A stretch of DNA of 64,000 nucleotides, from the NCBI RefSeq assembly GCF_009914755.1, contig NC_060927.1, one strand, 5' to 3'. Both the position numbers and the translations under genes were made by a program. Shown piece after piece: positions 1 through 16,855 of this stretch. Within the stretch, counting starts at the first letter, position 1. Every line of letters starts with the position of its first letter. The notes below the pieces were generated by a model. It saw nothing but the letters and a program-made list of their open reading frames with translations. It ran no database searches and was not told where the DNA came from. This DNA is from the human T2T-CHM13v2.0 reference genome, Homo sapiens.

Positions 1-219
1 CTATGAGACTCATGTCATCTTTATCATACGCATCACACTGAGGTGTGATTATCTCTTGCTCACTGTTTTCCCCTGTAGAATGTGGAGAGAGCCTATTTCT
101 TTTAAACCTGTACCCCTACCACCAAATTTTATGTAGTATATACCCTGTTAAAGTGTTAATGTTTATCAAGTGAATGAATAAATGTAGGTAGACAAGCTAT
201 TCACTAACAATTACATTAA

Positions 220-700
220 AATAACATTTATTGAATTCCTACTCTGTACCAGTTACTGAGCTAGGAGCTTGTCATGCACCCTCTCATTCATGTAGCAAAC
301 ACAACAGCAATGGTACAAAGTAGTCAAGAGAATCAAAGGAAAGAAAGTTGACACTGATGAGACTCCTTCATAAATAATGTGAGATTTCATCTGATGTTTG
401 AAGGAAAAGTAACATTTTAATAGATGAGGTGAGCATGGAGCAGTGCACTGTTCTAAAGAGAAGAATATGACCCTGCTACAAGGCATGCCTGAAGAAGAAC
501 AGACCCAATTCTATAACAAAGAGTCTAAAGGAAATAAAACTGGAGAGGAATGTTAAGGACTTAATGTTGAAACAAAGTAAATGCCCAGCTCAAAAGTTCA
601 AATCTGATCCTCTAGACTCTGGGTGTCATTTAAGCAGATTATAATGAAAGTTAGGGTAGAAAGATTTAGCTTATCATAACCTATAGAAAGATTTTAGATT
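220..700 (-). mobile_element. Degraded L2 LINE fragments
   Basis: ACATTTATTGAATTCCTACTCTGTACCAG...CTAGGAGCT resembles the reverse complement of the L2 3' end, followed by purine-rich L2-like sequence; boundaries approximate. Confidence 0.5.
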
Positions 701-729
701 GAAAACTTGTGACTTGTAGAAGCAGTTAG

Positions 730-820
730 TTTTCACAAGTGCATATATATGTTAAAATTCATCAAGTTGTACACTTTAAATATGTGCAGTTTATTGTACC
801 TCAATTATATTTCAATAAAT
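730..820 (+). mobile_element. Old L1M 3'-end fragment
   Basis: GTTAAAATTCATCAAGTTGTACACTTTAAATATGTGCAGTTTATTGTACCTCAATTATATTTCAATAAA is typical of an L1MB/L1ME 3' terminus. Confidence 0.7.
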
Positions 821-849
821 ATGAACAGGAAGCAGGTAGACTAATAGGA

Positions 850-1322
850 CACATATAGGTTTGTATTAAAGGAGATTTATTATAGAAATTGGCTCATGAG
901 ATTATGGAGGCCAAGATGTCTCACGATCTGCCATCTGCAAGCCAGATGACCAAAAAAACCTGGATGGTATAATTCAATCAAAGTCCAAAGGCCTGAGAAT
1001 TAGGAGGCCAAGAGTGTAAGTTTTGGTCTGGGTCCAAGAAACCAAGAGCACCAGTGTCCAAGGGTAAGAGAAGATGGATATCTTAGCTTAAGCAGAGAGA
1101 GCAAATTCACCTTTTTTCTACCTTTTTCCTCTATTCTGACCCTCAATGTATTGGATGATACCCACTGACATTGGGGAGGGCCATCTGCTTTACTCAGTTC
1201 TCCAGTTCAAATGCTAATCTCTTCCAGAAACCCTCTCACAACCACACGCAGAGATAATGTTGTACCAGTTATCTGGGCATTCCTTAGCCCAGTCAAGTGG
1301 ACATATAAAATGAACCACAACA
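850..1322 (-). mobile_element. MLT2-family (ERVL) solo LTR
   Basis: Reverse complement begins TGTTGTGGTTCATTTTATATGTCCACTTGACTGGGCTAAGGAATGCCCAGATAACTGG...CTGGAAGAGATTAGCATTTGAA, matching the MLT2 LTR 5' end; left edge approximate. Confidence 0.85.
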
Positions 1323-1369
1323 GGTAGCAATGTTGAGGTGGCAGAAATGAGCTAAAATTTGTTTAAAAC

Positions 1370-1530
1370 CTACTGAGGGCAAGGCATGGTGTTAGGTGCT
1401 TTACTCAAATTATCTTAACTAGTCAGCATAGCAACCCTGAAAATGATACATTAGCATAGAAACTAATGTTCAAATACCAGCTCCAAATGTCATTTGGTTA
1501 GTAAGAGAGTGGTTAGATTTGAACACAAAT
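1370..1530 (-). mobile_element. MIR SINE fragment
   Basis: Degenerate MIR core: GGCATGGTGTTAGGTGCTTTAC...CAACCCTGA...GAAACTAATG...GATTTGAACACAAATCT. Confidence 0.55.
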
Positions 1531-1537
1531 CTATCTC

Positions 1538-1575
1538 GGAAGGAAGGAAGGGAGGGAAGGAGGGAGGGAGGGAGG
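1538..1575. repeat. (GGAA/GGGA)n purine microsatellite
   Basis: Seen directly. Confidence 0.85.
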
Positions 1576-3438
1576 CCATCAATTTCACAATGGAAGCTCA
1601 TACATTAAAGCATACATTAGGCTAATTAGGAAGGAATTTAACCAATGGAAACTCATTTCTAGTAGTTATATGTAGTTAACAATGCCCCTGATATTAATCA
1701 GAATTAAAGACAGCTAAACTCCTAAGTGTGGATTTTTCTGATAAAAATGCCATTGCCCGTCCTAGAGTAGGATTCCTCTTTAGAAAACTGACAATACTGA
1801 CAATGTAACTAAAATGCATGCATAATATCTCACTATCCATCTTAAGTATTTCAATACAATAAAAAGTGTTCAGTACAAATTTTGGCTTATTTAAAAATTA
1901 TCATAATGGAAATGTGAAAAACATTGAGTAACCCTGAGTATCAACAGACCGTCATTGAATTGTAGCAGTTAATTTAAGCAGAAAGTCATCTTCATTACAT
2001 AGCTATGAGACAAAACCTGGATTTGCTTTGCTGTCATTTTTGAATTTTAGTAAGCTTCTTCTTTCATTCTCTGTCATTTGCCAGCAAGTAGTTCAAAATG
2101 TTATAGTTTATTGAGGTGGATTTTTCTACAGATTATTGGCTTCTTGAGTTTTGTATTGAATATTTTTTTTTAATTTTCAACTTGGCACTATCCTCCTAGA
2201 ATTTCTTTTCTACTGACATTCAACTTATTGGAGAAAATGAGAAATGTGCAATGGTGTTGAAAATACTTTTTAATTTAGCTGTTCTTATACTATGCTTAGT
2301 TAAGTGCTATGTGCTTCAAAATCATCATTTATTCCTCAATCATCTCTTTAAATCAGTATATTTTCCTTCCTATGATAGCGAAGATGATCATTGCTGTTAG
2401 CATCAAGGAAAATGAGGCATAGATGTATTAAGTGGCCCATTTTCTTCCCTGAAAAATGAAGAAATGAACACTGAGGTCTAATATGGAATGCCATGCCAGG
2501 CACACAGTTTTGTCAAATATTAGGACAAAGATTGAGAATGTTTTTTAAAAAAATAATTTTAGTACATAGCAGAATCTTCTTCCCTATTTCCCATGTTTAA
2601 GGGTCTATATCCTGTACTTAATAATAAATGTCTAGGAAGTATGTCGGAAAAGACTAAGATAATTAATCTCAAAAACTTCCACATCTAGTTCATGCAGCTA
2701 TAACACTTATTCTTCATACATGAAAAAAAAAAGTGCAGGAGGCATGAGCTACAAAATAATATAGACAGTGACAAAATAGTAATCCTTATTTACAGCGGGT
2801 TTATTGTTATGCCACTCATTCAGAAAAATCTCTTATATCTTTCTTAAACACAAAGGAAATGAAAATGCAACAAATTTTCAAATTTTTACTTTATTTTCTT
2901 GAGACAATATTTTAGAAGCCCAAGGTCACCATAAGATTGCAATTAATTTGAATGTGTTCTTTTAAATTAGCATCTTTTCAAGAAAAAAGATATGTCCATT
3001 GCCATTGTCACTACTAGAAATGAGATATCAAGAGTGAAGATGAGTGGAGCAGGCTCCGACGAGAGTTGAATGATGGTCTAATCCTGAATCTGCTAAATAA
3101 TTTATTGTGGTATGCCCTTATCACAGGCCGGTGTCAAAAATAACTTCCAGAAATGTGATGAGGATATTGGTCAGAATCTATTTAATTTCCCAAAGAAAGA
3201 ACTCTTTCTGTCAATGTACAGTAATTTTATCCTCTCATAAAACTTTTACTGCAGTAAAAAGTATGTGTATCATTGCTAATGTTCAAATTTTGCCCAAGAG
3301 CTGACTAGATAATTCACATTTCATGCAATTGTTCCTATGTAGGATGTTCTGGGCAACTTGTCAGTGTTCTGTAAATTGATCTTCCCTACATTTTTATCAC
3401 AGTAAAAATTATGTTCATTACAGCTAGTGTTTGCTACT

Positions 3439-3547
3439 TGACTTAGAAGCGTGTAAATATTTCCCAAATTATAAAATTATTCAATTTCAGATGTGACTTA
3501 GAAGTACATAAATATTTCCCAAATTATAAAATTTATTCAATTTCAGA
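3439..3547. repeat. 55-bp tandem duplication
   Basis: TGACTTAGAAG...AAATATTTCCCAAATTATAAAATT(T)ATTCAATTTCAGA starts at 3439 and again at 3494. Confidence 0.9.
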
Positions 3548-5708
3548 AGGTTATTTGTAACTCAAATTTTGCAAGGTCAAAAAAATATGTAATTTATGTA
3601 TTCAAGGTACCTAATGATTCTGGGGTACAGAGTGGAAATTAAGAGAAAGCGAATGGGAATGAACCCTCCAGAGATCTTGGGACACTCAGAGAATTTTAAG
3701 AGGAGCCTTGGGCCTGATCATCACTCTGTCTTCCAACAAGGAGAAGAAGGATTGTTTAGCAACATGAGAGAAACCATAGAATTCAGATGCTACCTTCAAT
3801 TTAACTGCTCTTGACTCTAACTTGCAGGCAGGCACCATGTCCACAGTCCTGGAGTTCAATAATCAACAATGATTGGGAATAAAATGTCTTTTTCTGCTAT
3901 GTATTCTTTACTTGCAATCTCACCTTAAGTCCTTGATTCATGCACTTGACAAATTTAGTTTTCTCTACATAATGCAGTATTATCTGCCTCTAAAAATAAT
4001 AAACTCTATGAAATAATTTGTGCAAGATTTAATTTTTATACAAGAGTTTCATGGCCCAATGAGCATGCATTTAACCTTCAGAATAAGGATAGCTCAAAAC
4101 ACCCACATATAGTCTGAAACATGAGCACTTTTAGTTTTATATTTGCCTATGAAGACTTTTATAATTGTATTTGTTGAATTTTTCAAATCAGTCTATGCAA
4201 AACATCAAGAGAATAGCATTTTAAAAAACCGTGTTGATCATTTAAACTGTTGAACTTTAGCAACAACAGTATTATTATGCATAATGCTTAGCAATTAGCA
4301 AATATTTATCTAGAAAATATCTATTGATAGACCAACTCAAAGTATTAGAAATTATTTTTATTTGCCAGCTTAATCAAGAAAGATATAGTCAATAAACACA
4401 TGTTCCCATCTCAATTGAGCGTTTTACTTAATTCTAAACAGTAAACTTACTCAGTCTCTTTTGCTAATGCAATTAATATTCATGCAAACGTGATGATAAC
4501 TGAAGACCCTTTTTCCTCGTATTTTCAGATCTCTATGTTGGGGATATATGTCTATCAAAATTTTATACCACTTTGTCCTCACCCATGCAGAATAATAATC
4601 TAAACCAGTGTTGTTCACTCCCCATCTGGTATGAATCCATATATCAGGATTCATTTTAGGCTGTAATCCCTTTGAAGCAATACAGATACATATATATCTC
4701 CACCTACCTCTAAATGTTTAGAAAAGGAACTGAAGAGTGGATGCCTGTAATGTGAACAGAACTCTAGTGCCAATTTTAATAGCAATACTGACTGTAAGCC
4801 TGATATCAATACTTACTACATATCAGGCAGCTGTAAGCTAGGTGTATTGACTTACATGGAATATCTCATTCCTGTGGGAAACTGCCTTTATTATTTTCAT
4901 TTTTCAGATGAGGAAACTAAAATGAAGAGAATCCAAGTTCCCATAATCAGAAGGATTGAGTCCATATCATCTGCATATAAAAGACATGTATTTTCTACTA
5001 TAACTCCGACAAAAACTAATAATCTGTTATTTTTCATTTTCTACTACATAATACTTGAAATATCATCATTATCTTATTTTCATTTTAGCATGCTTCCTTA
5101 AACTCTTAGGTTTTTTTCTTTAAGTACTTTCTTTGTATCAAGGATTTTTAGTTTAAAATATTTCTACTGAAAAAAACTTCACACTTCACAATATTGTATT
5201 ATATTCCATAAAATCTTACAGTCTTGTATTACATTTTTTGTCTTTTATTCAAGATTTTTTCTTCACTCCTCCTTGCTATCTGCTGATAGCTGTCAGTAAA
5301 TGCTTTTTCTGGGACACTCTCTAAGGTTGAGGGTCCCTCTTGCCCTCCCTTCTTTCCATTTGATCCTCCTTTCAGAGCAACCAATTGCCACATGGAACTC
5401 AGAGCTGCAGTGTACTTGGTGGAGTTTGGGGAAAAAACAAAGCAAACAGGTTCTCCTTCTTACCATTCTGCACTGTTAGGGTTCACAAGCCTATTCAGGC
5501 ATATTGAAAATATTTTTACTGATGGAGTCAAATTTAGAAATAATAACATAGAGACTTTAAAGTGAAAAGTTGAAATCAATTTGGACTTCTCTTGAGTCTC
5601 ACAAGGTGAGGACTCAGAAGGAGGGGTCCCCAGTGGCTGAGGGCCAATGTGAGCTATAATCTCAATTATGAGCCCTTCTTTCCAGTCTCTCATATGAAAA
5701 CTCTATAC

Positions 5709-6620
5709 AAAAAGATGCTCCACATCATATGTCAATGGGAAAATGACAATGAAACAGCAATGAGGTACCACTACTTATCTATGAGAATGGCCAAAATCCA
5801 GCACACTGACACGAACAAATGTTTGGGACAATGTGGAGCAAGAAGAACTGTCATTCATTATTGGCGGGAAAGCAAAATGGTATAAATACTTTGGAAGACA
5901 ATATGATGGTTTCTTGCAAAACTAAACATAATCTTACCATACAATCCAGCAATCGCACTCATGGGTACTTATCCAAATGAGATGAAAATTTATATTTATA
6001 CAAAACCTGCACACAGATGTGTGCAGCCTTATTCACAATTACCAAAACATGGAAACAACACTCAGACAATAGAGCATTATTTAGCCCTAAAAGGAAAAGA
6101 GCTATTAAGCCATGAAAAGACACGGAGAACACTTAAATGCATACTAATAAGTGAAAGAAGCCAATCCAAAAAGTCTACATACTGTATTATTCCAACAATA
6201 TGACATTCTGGAAAAGGCAAAACCATGGAAACAGTAAAAAGTTCAGTGGTTGCTAGGGGTTAGCAGGAAGGGAGGGACAAATAAATGGTGCACAGATGAT
6301 TTTTAGGACAGTGAAACTATTCTGTATGACACTATAATGGTGGACCACATGCTACCGTACATTTATCCAAATCCACAGAATGCAAAACACCAAGAGTGAA
6401 CCCTAATGTAAACTCTAGAATTTGGGTGATAATGAGTGTGACAATGTAGGTTCATCAGCTGTTAACAAATGTACCACTGTGGTGCAGGATGCTGATAATG
6501 GGGGAGGCTGTACTGGTGTGGAAGCAGAAGGTATGTAGGAACTCTCTGTACTTTCTGTTCAATTTTGCTATGAACCTAAAACTGCTCTTAAAAATAAAGT
6601 CTATTTAAAAGGAAAAAAAA
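5709..6620 (+). mobile_element. L1MC1/L1MC2-like 3' fragment (ORF2 end plus 3' UTR)
   Basis: Degenerate ORF2 C-terminus (MRYHY..RMAKI), 3' UTR motif CACCAAGAGTGAACCCTAATGTAAACT...GAACCTAAAACTGCTCTTAAAAATAAAGTC, then an A-rich tail. Confidence 0.85.
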
Positions 6621-7835
6621 TGGAAAAATCCCAGCTTTTTACTCTGAGGTCATTTTCTTTGCAGTATTCCTACCAGTGGCAAATGAGTCTGAGAGGCTTT
6701 TTAGCAGAAAATCTATAAGGTAGGAATATTGTTCAAGGAAATTTTTCTTCTTTCCTCAGACGTATTCCAGTATAAGCCAATGTGGAGAGAAGATTTTTTT
6801 TTCCATTAGCAGATACTTAGCTGCCCTTGGAGTCAAAGGGTTTCCATCATTGTGTTTTTAAGGACTTCTGGTTTCTTTTCTTCTCTACTCCAGGGGCCAA
6901 CTAGAGTCTCAAAATGCTCTGTTAGCCTTGAATGTTTGATCTTTGGATACCTGGAGGATATTGGTGTGAGTTCAATTCCTATCATTCTGAGATCTTCTTG
7001 TGATGAGAGTTAAGAATCAACAATATTTCCTGCCCTGTCTTATATATTTAAACTAGCTTTAATACTATCTTTCTTTCTAAAAGTTGCTAAATTGCTAAAT
7101 TCTATTTGTCCCTAATTTATTAATAACTGCAATGACACTGAAAAACATCAGACACCCAATTTTTCAGTCACTTTCTTTACACTACAAGAAATGCTTTATC
7201 AAAAAAAATTAAATTTTGCTTAGAATACATGATAATATCAGTCTAAAAATGTACAATAGAACTGTATTAAGGATTGTGCAGCAGAATTTTTTTAAGTTGA
7301 ATATAAGAGGTTCAAGGCCAAGCAAAGATCATCTCTTGTTTGATATCAATATCTACCACATTCTGGTCTTAATAAAAAGCAGGCTTCATTTACTAGAATT
7401 TGCTTGTTCAACAAAAGTATGATTATTAGCAGTGGCTGGTAATGGTGGCAATAAAGAAAGTTCAAAAACCCAACTCAGACAAAGAAGAAAAGCAAAAGCC
7501 AGAAGAAAATACACATTTGTTATATAGTTCACAGTTAGTGTCTAAATATAAAATGCCTCATGGGGACTGAACATGAGGTTGTTTGTTCATCTATATCAAA
7601 TGATAGGAACTATTATATGTGTAAACATCAGTTATTCATTTATTCAGTTAATCAGTTACTCCACAACATTTGTTATAAGACATTTTCCTTGGTTGGATGG
7701 AATATAAAATATGTTTGCGACCCAGTTCCAGCCATCTTAGATGCTCTATTTGCTTTAGCCAGTAGGAAACATGAAGCAAATATACAAATAATTCAGTATA
7801 ATAGTGTATGATTAGTCGAGTGCTTTAGCCTGAAG

Positions 7836-8135
7836 AACTGCTACTCACAGTGTGGTCTGCAGACCAAGACCAGTCTAGGAAAGTATTACTTACTTATGAT
7901 GAGCAAGGTACAGAATTTGAGAAGTACTATATAGAAACTTTGATAGCATTTGGCATTGCTGCAACATTCCATATAATCAGTGGTCTTAAATGATGAATAT
8001 AATAGTAAAAATTGGGGATTAATGTTTTATATGCCTTTTATTTTTGAGTACTTTATTGTAACTTACAGATATATCAGTTTGCTATGGGCTGGGGGGGAAA
8101 CACTGACCTTTCACTGATATTTTTAAAAACACTAT
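7836..8135. mobile_element. Possible hAT-Charlie DNA transposon remnant
   Basis: Starts CTGCTACTCACAGTGTGGTCTGCAGACC (Charlie/MER5-type terminus) and ends TTTAAAAACACTA; interior not confidently recognised. Confidence 0.4.
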
Positions 8136-10289
8136 CTTTAAAAATCTTAAAAGTTCAAAGGTTAGGAAGAATAGCTCCATTCCAGGGTAAAAGTGAGAGC
8201 CTAATGAAGAAGCTGGCATTTTGAAGGGGTCTTACAGGATAACTAGGGTTTTGAGAGGTGGGGATCGAGTGACAAAACATATTTTAAAAAAGAAAAATCG
8301 CTTAAAGTGTGTTTGGAAAGCAATGTAACAATCACAAAGATAACTGGGCAGGTAGGTAAGAGTTTAAGGCGAGAATGCATAGAATTTCACGAAGGAATCT
8401 GAACTTATCCTTCAGATTTTTAACAAGTGAGTTATCTAGGTAGTAGAGTATGATGTAGGTGTATCTTTCAGTGGTGTGCAAAATCTGTTGGAAATGTTAC
8501 TCCTAGAAACCAGAACCCTGTTAGAGAACTATTGTAGCAGCATGGAAGTAATTGAAGGGGGCTCCATTTGGCAGCTGGCAGAGAGAATATGGCAACAGTT
8601 AATAAATACAAAGCTTCAGGAATACCTAAACTGCCATTTTTACTTAGCAATTGAGCCATACAAAACATCCACTGCTGTTGCTTAGTTGAGCTAGAGACAG
8701 GGGTTAGAATTTTAATGAAGATCAGGTCTTCAGAAAAACAAGGACTAAAAGTGACCCTGAAGTCCCTATGTGGTGCACCAGGAAGGCTATCAAATTGTTT
8801 TAAAAACTAATCTGAAAGGAAGACAAGTCAGGCTCCATTTTAGACACAGTCAGACAAAGTCACACTGATTTGAAATACAGCATTAAGAGAAGAGATCAGG
8901 ATGGAAATACCACCGGTCAACCATAGAAGTTTCAGTGTTCAGGCTAAGGGAAAGACCACAGGGGAAAGAAAAATGCTGAGGACAGAATGCCAGCTGGAGA
9001 GGCAAGAAGGCAAGAACTCATCAACGGGGAGTCTGAAAGGTAGAATGGGAAGGGAACCAGATCAGTAACCAGCATCAGCCACACTTTCTGGGGATTATGA
9101 GGCCTCTGGCAAGGAACCTTAGAAGGCCATTGGCAAGCTTTGAAGGAGTTGTTTTCTCAGTGTGGCAAGGGCTGAAACTAAGTTGGAGCAGTTTATGACT
9201 GAACAGTGAGAAATGATAGCCAGGGGTTAGGGGTCAATATTGTTGAAAGGTTATGGAAAATGTGATGGAGAAGGTGGCAGGACTGAGGGAAGGCTGGGGA
9301 GAAGGGTGGGAGTGGTGAAGCAAGTAAAATGAAGGTAACTGAGGGAACAGTGTTTGGAAGAAGCAAAAAGGCCAAGACTCAAGGGGACAAGTAGAACCTG
9401 GGAAGTGAGGATTAGGAATCTCTCTTCTGAGCAAGAAAGGTCAGATGAGACCAGTGACCTATAACTTGGAAATTCAGAGAAAAGCAGAAATATTGACAAT
9501 TTTTGTTAAAAGAAAATTATTTAATAGACTATAGAGGTTAAGGCTCAATTCAGCTGACACCCATCAGGCTGCACCTGCTGCATATGCTAACAAGACACAC
9601 CCTGATTGGAACTGGGTTAGTGCTTTATAGATAGGGAGGGGACAGTTGAGTAGCTGTCCCTTTTAGTATGAACATAAGCAGCAGTTTTTTTACTTTGACC
9701 AAAACTTACTTGAGTTTAAGAGAGCTATTTCCTGTTTTTGTGCTGCTTGCTCAAGCTCCCAGAAAACATGAGAATAGTGTTTTTTCAAAACTGTTCTTGC
9801 AAGCCTTGTGGTTTACAAGCTAGTCAATTTTCTGGAGCAGGAGAACCAGATTAAAAAAAAAAAAAGAAAGGCGGCACAGTTAAAAACCAAAGGAAAAAAC
9901 TGAGGGACCCTCTGACACGTTTGTTTCAGTCCTTTTACATCTTTATTCCTTGTAATTCTTTCTTGTTCTCTCAGTTACCAACTTCATCCTTAATGATTAA
10001 TGTAAATAAGATCAAGTCTACCTTTCTTTGAATAACCTCTCTCCTCACCTGTCACTTGTCTCTACTGGTAAGGCAGCGCACCACCTTGGAGGAGCTCTCC
10101 TGGAATTACAAAGCCCAGTCGATCTTTTTCTTTCTCTCTCTGCTCTCTCTTTTCAATAACAGCAATAACAAATCCCTAGCCTTGTCTAGCTTAGCTACAC
10201 CCTTATAGACCTTTAGTGAGGAGAGCATAACAAAAAAAAAAAGAAAAAAAATTCATTATCCATTGCCTTTTGCCAAATAAAATGGAGCT

Positions 10290-10500
10290 TAAAGCCTGGC
10301 TTTGCCACTGACAGGTTGTATGACTTTGGACTAGTGAGTTAGTTTTTATGAGATTCAGCTCAGACTGAAGATTTCATCTTCAAAGTGAGGAAAATAATAC
10401 CTCCTTTAAATATATTGCAAATATTAAATTAAGTGAAATAATACCAATAAATTCCTTGTTACATTGTAGGGAACACTGGAGAAATGATATCTACTATTAT
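10290..10500 (+). mobile_element. MIR SINE fragment
   Basis: CCTGGCTTTGCCACTGACAGGTTGTATGACTTTGGAC...CATCTTCAAAGTGAGGAAAATAATACCTCCT. Confidence 0.65.
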
Positions 10501-11684
10501 TAGTGTGGGCATATGGCTCATTTTATGCATGTCAGTCTCTGCCTGCTGCAGCCCTACCATATACAGCTATAATGTTCTCTGGACACAGGCATACGTCTGT
10601 CCAGCATTAAAATCAACTAGAGACAAGACCGGAAGGCTACCAGTACCCTTCTCTTTACTAGCAGGTGGAAACTGGAAAGAATTGACAACTATCTTCATGA
10701 TATCTTACTACCTGGAGGTGAACAGTCCATAAGAGTTCACCTCTACTGTCTCTCGACATTCCTTTTCCCCAGGACATGGCTGCCTGATTCCCCTCCTATG
10801 CAGACACTGGTCTTCTTCCTCAAACACTTTCTGTTTAATGTGTTTCCCTTTTTCTAGATATGATCTCCTGCTTCCTCTCCCATATGGAAATATTTAACAT
10901 TGACCACGATGCTGGTGCTGACCTTAGTAGTAGCCCCTCAAGGACAATAAACATTTATCAGGGATCTACTATGTGCTCAGAACATCCCTTCGTATTAGTA
11001 CACCAAGGTTGCCTTTTGAAAAGTTAAGGCCACTCTTAGCCACTCACATACTGTCCTCTAGTCCCTTCCATTATTTCCTGCATTATTTAAACACACTTTT
11101 GTTTCCTTTGAAAGATTTTGCGGTGCATCTGCACACAGACTGATACATGCGCATCCTACAAAGCAGTATTCACAAATCAGGATAATCAGTGAGAAGTCCT
11201 GCCAATGGAGACACACATCAGCACTCCACTTACTTCCATCCCAGGGGCATCTAATCAGTATGAATAAGCCCAGATGTGCACAGAAGAAACCTTTTCTGTG
11301 AAATATATACTTGACTCAAGAGCAAGAATAGCCATACATAAGGTGCTACTGATGGGAAGGTTGAGACACTAAATCGTTGATGCCTTATGGTGTGAAAGCT
11401 CAGGTTCAGCAACGTGTGCCTAGTCTTACTCCCATCCCTTTCTCCCTTTCTTCTCCTGCTATTTACATGATTGAACCAGAGATTGCAAATTAAACTGGTG
11501 GCTCAGATGTTAACTCTAGCCAGCAGATGGCCAGAAGCGTATAATAACGTGTTTTGGATTAGTTACTAGAAAGAGATTAAACACGAAAATCTGAAATTCT
11601 AGAGTACCTCCTCAGTCATTCAACCTACCTAGCCCCAGGATGCATGGTACCTTGAAACCCTGGTGCCATATTAGTCTGTGTCTT

Positions 11685-14780
<3,096 letters not shown>

Positions 14781-15900
14781 GTCTGTGTCTTAAAGAGACC
14801 TACTCCTACTTATGAACCCTCTTTAGAAGCACTGGGACTAAAACAACAAAGCCCTTTCTAGCAACTCTTTTATTGGCAGAGCCTTCATCTGGCTGACAAA
14901 TCATTGCAAAACATTTATTACGATTCCCCATTTTCCCCAAGTCCCATAGATCCACCTGGCCCTTTTACTCAGAGCATGACAAAGAGGGCAGGAAGCAGCC
15001 ACTTGGGATTTTACAGGAAGCAAGCGTGAGAGACAGCCAGTTCTCCTTGCACCAAACTGCTTCATTAAACAATTCATTTAACGACTTCTGCCAAGACCCT
15101 GTTGCTGCTTAATTACTTGCTTGCTTTCTTCTTCTCTCTCAACTTTCTTTTTAATTGAAAATCCAAGCCAGCCTTGTCACAGCCTGGGAAGTCAGATTGC
15201 TTAGAGACATCTTCTGACTCGGTCTCATTAGGTGTCCAGCCGCTGAAAAATGTATAACGGTTGGAGAAAAGAATAAAGAAGCAAACAAATGCGAAAAAGT
15301 AGATTTACCAACGATGTCTAATGAAGAGAACAACACTTGGAAACCCAACTCGGTTTTCTATTTAACAAGCAAAGCAATAAACCACAGTCATACAAATGAA
15401 CTGGGAGCCTAGGAATTATTTCTGGTAAACGAGGGTTGGACTACTTGGTAGAATCAGTTAACAGAGAAGAAAAACAGCAGGGTGTAGACACAGCCAGTAA
15501 ATCATTGTTGTCTGAAGAGGGTGTGAGACCGAATGGGAATCTAAAATCTGTGCCATAGGAACAGGAAACAGGGACCCATCTGAGCAATTTAAATCAGAAA
15601 TAGAAACTCAGTCTTATGGCAGTAGAAAGAAGCTTTGAATTATATTCAGACGTATGGACTTCAGGCTGGGTTCTCAAGATACCCAGTCAGTGAGAATGCC
15701 CAGAAGCAGCCAGAACAGATGCACTTTGGATCCCACAGCCCAATACCATGCTTCCCATATAGATTTCCAGAAAGTATTTTCTTCAAAATAAGCTGTTTAC
15801 TCTAAAAACACTGAAAGAAACATAAAAACATTTAGAATCAAATGCAAACTGTTTGAATATAAATCATCTGGAATCAGGTGGCCTTGTTCTAGATCCCCAA

Positions 15901-15942
15901 TATTTTTTATTTTATTTATTTATTTATTTATTTATTTATTTT
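15901..15942. repeat. (TTTA)n microsatellite
   Basis: Seen directly. Confidence 0.9.
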
Positions 15943-16855
15943 GCATGAAGCCCTACATATTATCACCCAAGTGACTGCTGTTCTTTGGGGCTCAGTTTCT
16001 TTCATTGTAAAACAGAGCTCGGAGAAGTTGAAAGGTGTGCTGGAGTCATCTCTCCTGGAGGTCACACAAGGTGTCTGGTTAAGCAGAAGTTCTGTGCTTT
16101 TCTAGTATCTAGAGGTTATGAGGTTTTAGCTCTCAAATCAATTTTTTTTTAACAATGAACAAGAAGTGCAGATTGATGCAATTAACTCAAAGTCCTTCAT
16201 TTCCGGGCTGAGAACTGTGGGATAAAGGATGGAAGCAATCGTGAGAGCAGCTTAGCGTTCCTGCTGTGGAAATGAATGATGTGGAGGCCATGGGAAGAGC
16301 TCCCTTTCCCACCTATGCAGTGCCATCACCCCACCCCCCAGACCCAACGTTAGTGCTAGGCAACCTGGTCAAAGCCCTGACCTTACCCCTCATAATAGTT
16401 TGATAAGAATGAATTTCAGAAGCAAACATGGTGCAATAAGTGCACATAATTTGAAAATGAAATTGAACAGAATGGCTTAGAATAAAAAGGAGCAATCTCA
16501 TTCCCAGACCTTTCTTTGCTTTCCTAGTTTTTTTGGGCAATTTCCACCATAGTGCTAAAGAATACATTTTCTACTTCTTACTCCTGATATATCAGCTTTA
16601 GACCTTATTGACTCTCTGCCAAAAACAAAAACAAAAAAAAGATAGCATTTTGATGTATTCACACTATTCTCCAGCTCTCTGCTTTCCATTTTTAATAGTT
16701 TTATTCCAACTACTCCATGGGTTTACTTTGTTTGTAAATCTGTTTGTTTGTCTCTCTTTCTAATGTTAAATAAAATATTTTAATCTATACCCTACTACAT
16801 CTGCTCTAGACACTATTTCTTGATTCCCTTCTATATGAGCTGTTGTGATTTATAC

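Noticed and set aside
4451-4654. 67-aa minus-strand ORF flanked by CAG and GTAAGT as a coding exon
   Set aside because: The stop codon falls immediately before the donor, there is no polypyrimidine tract, and I recognise no protein similarity.
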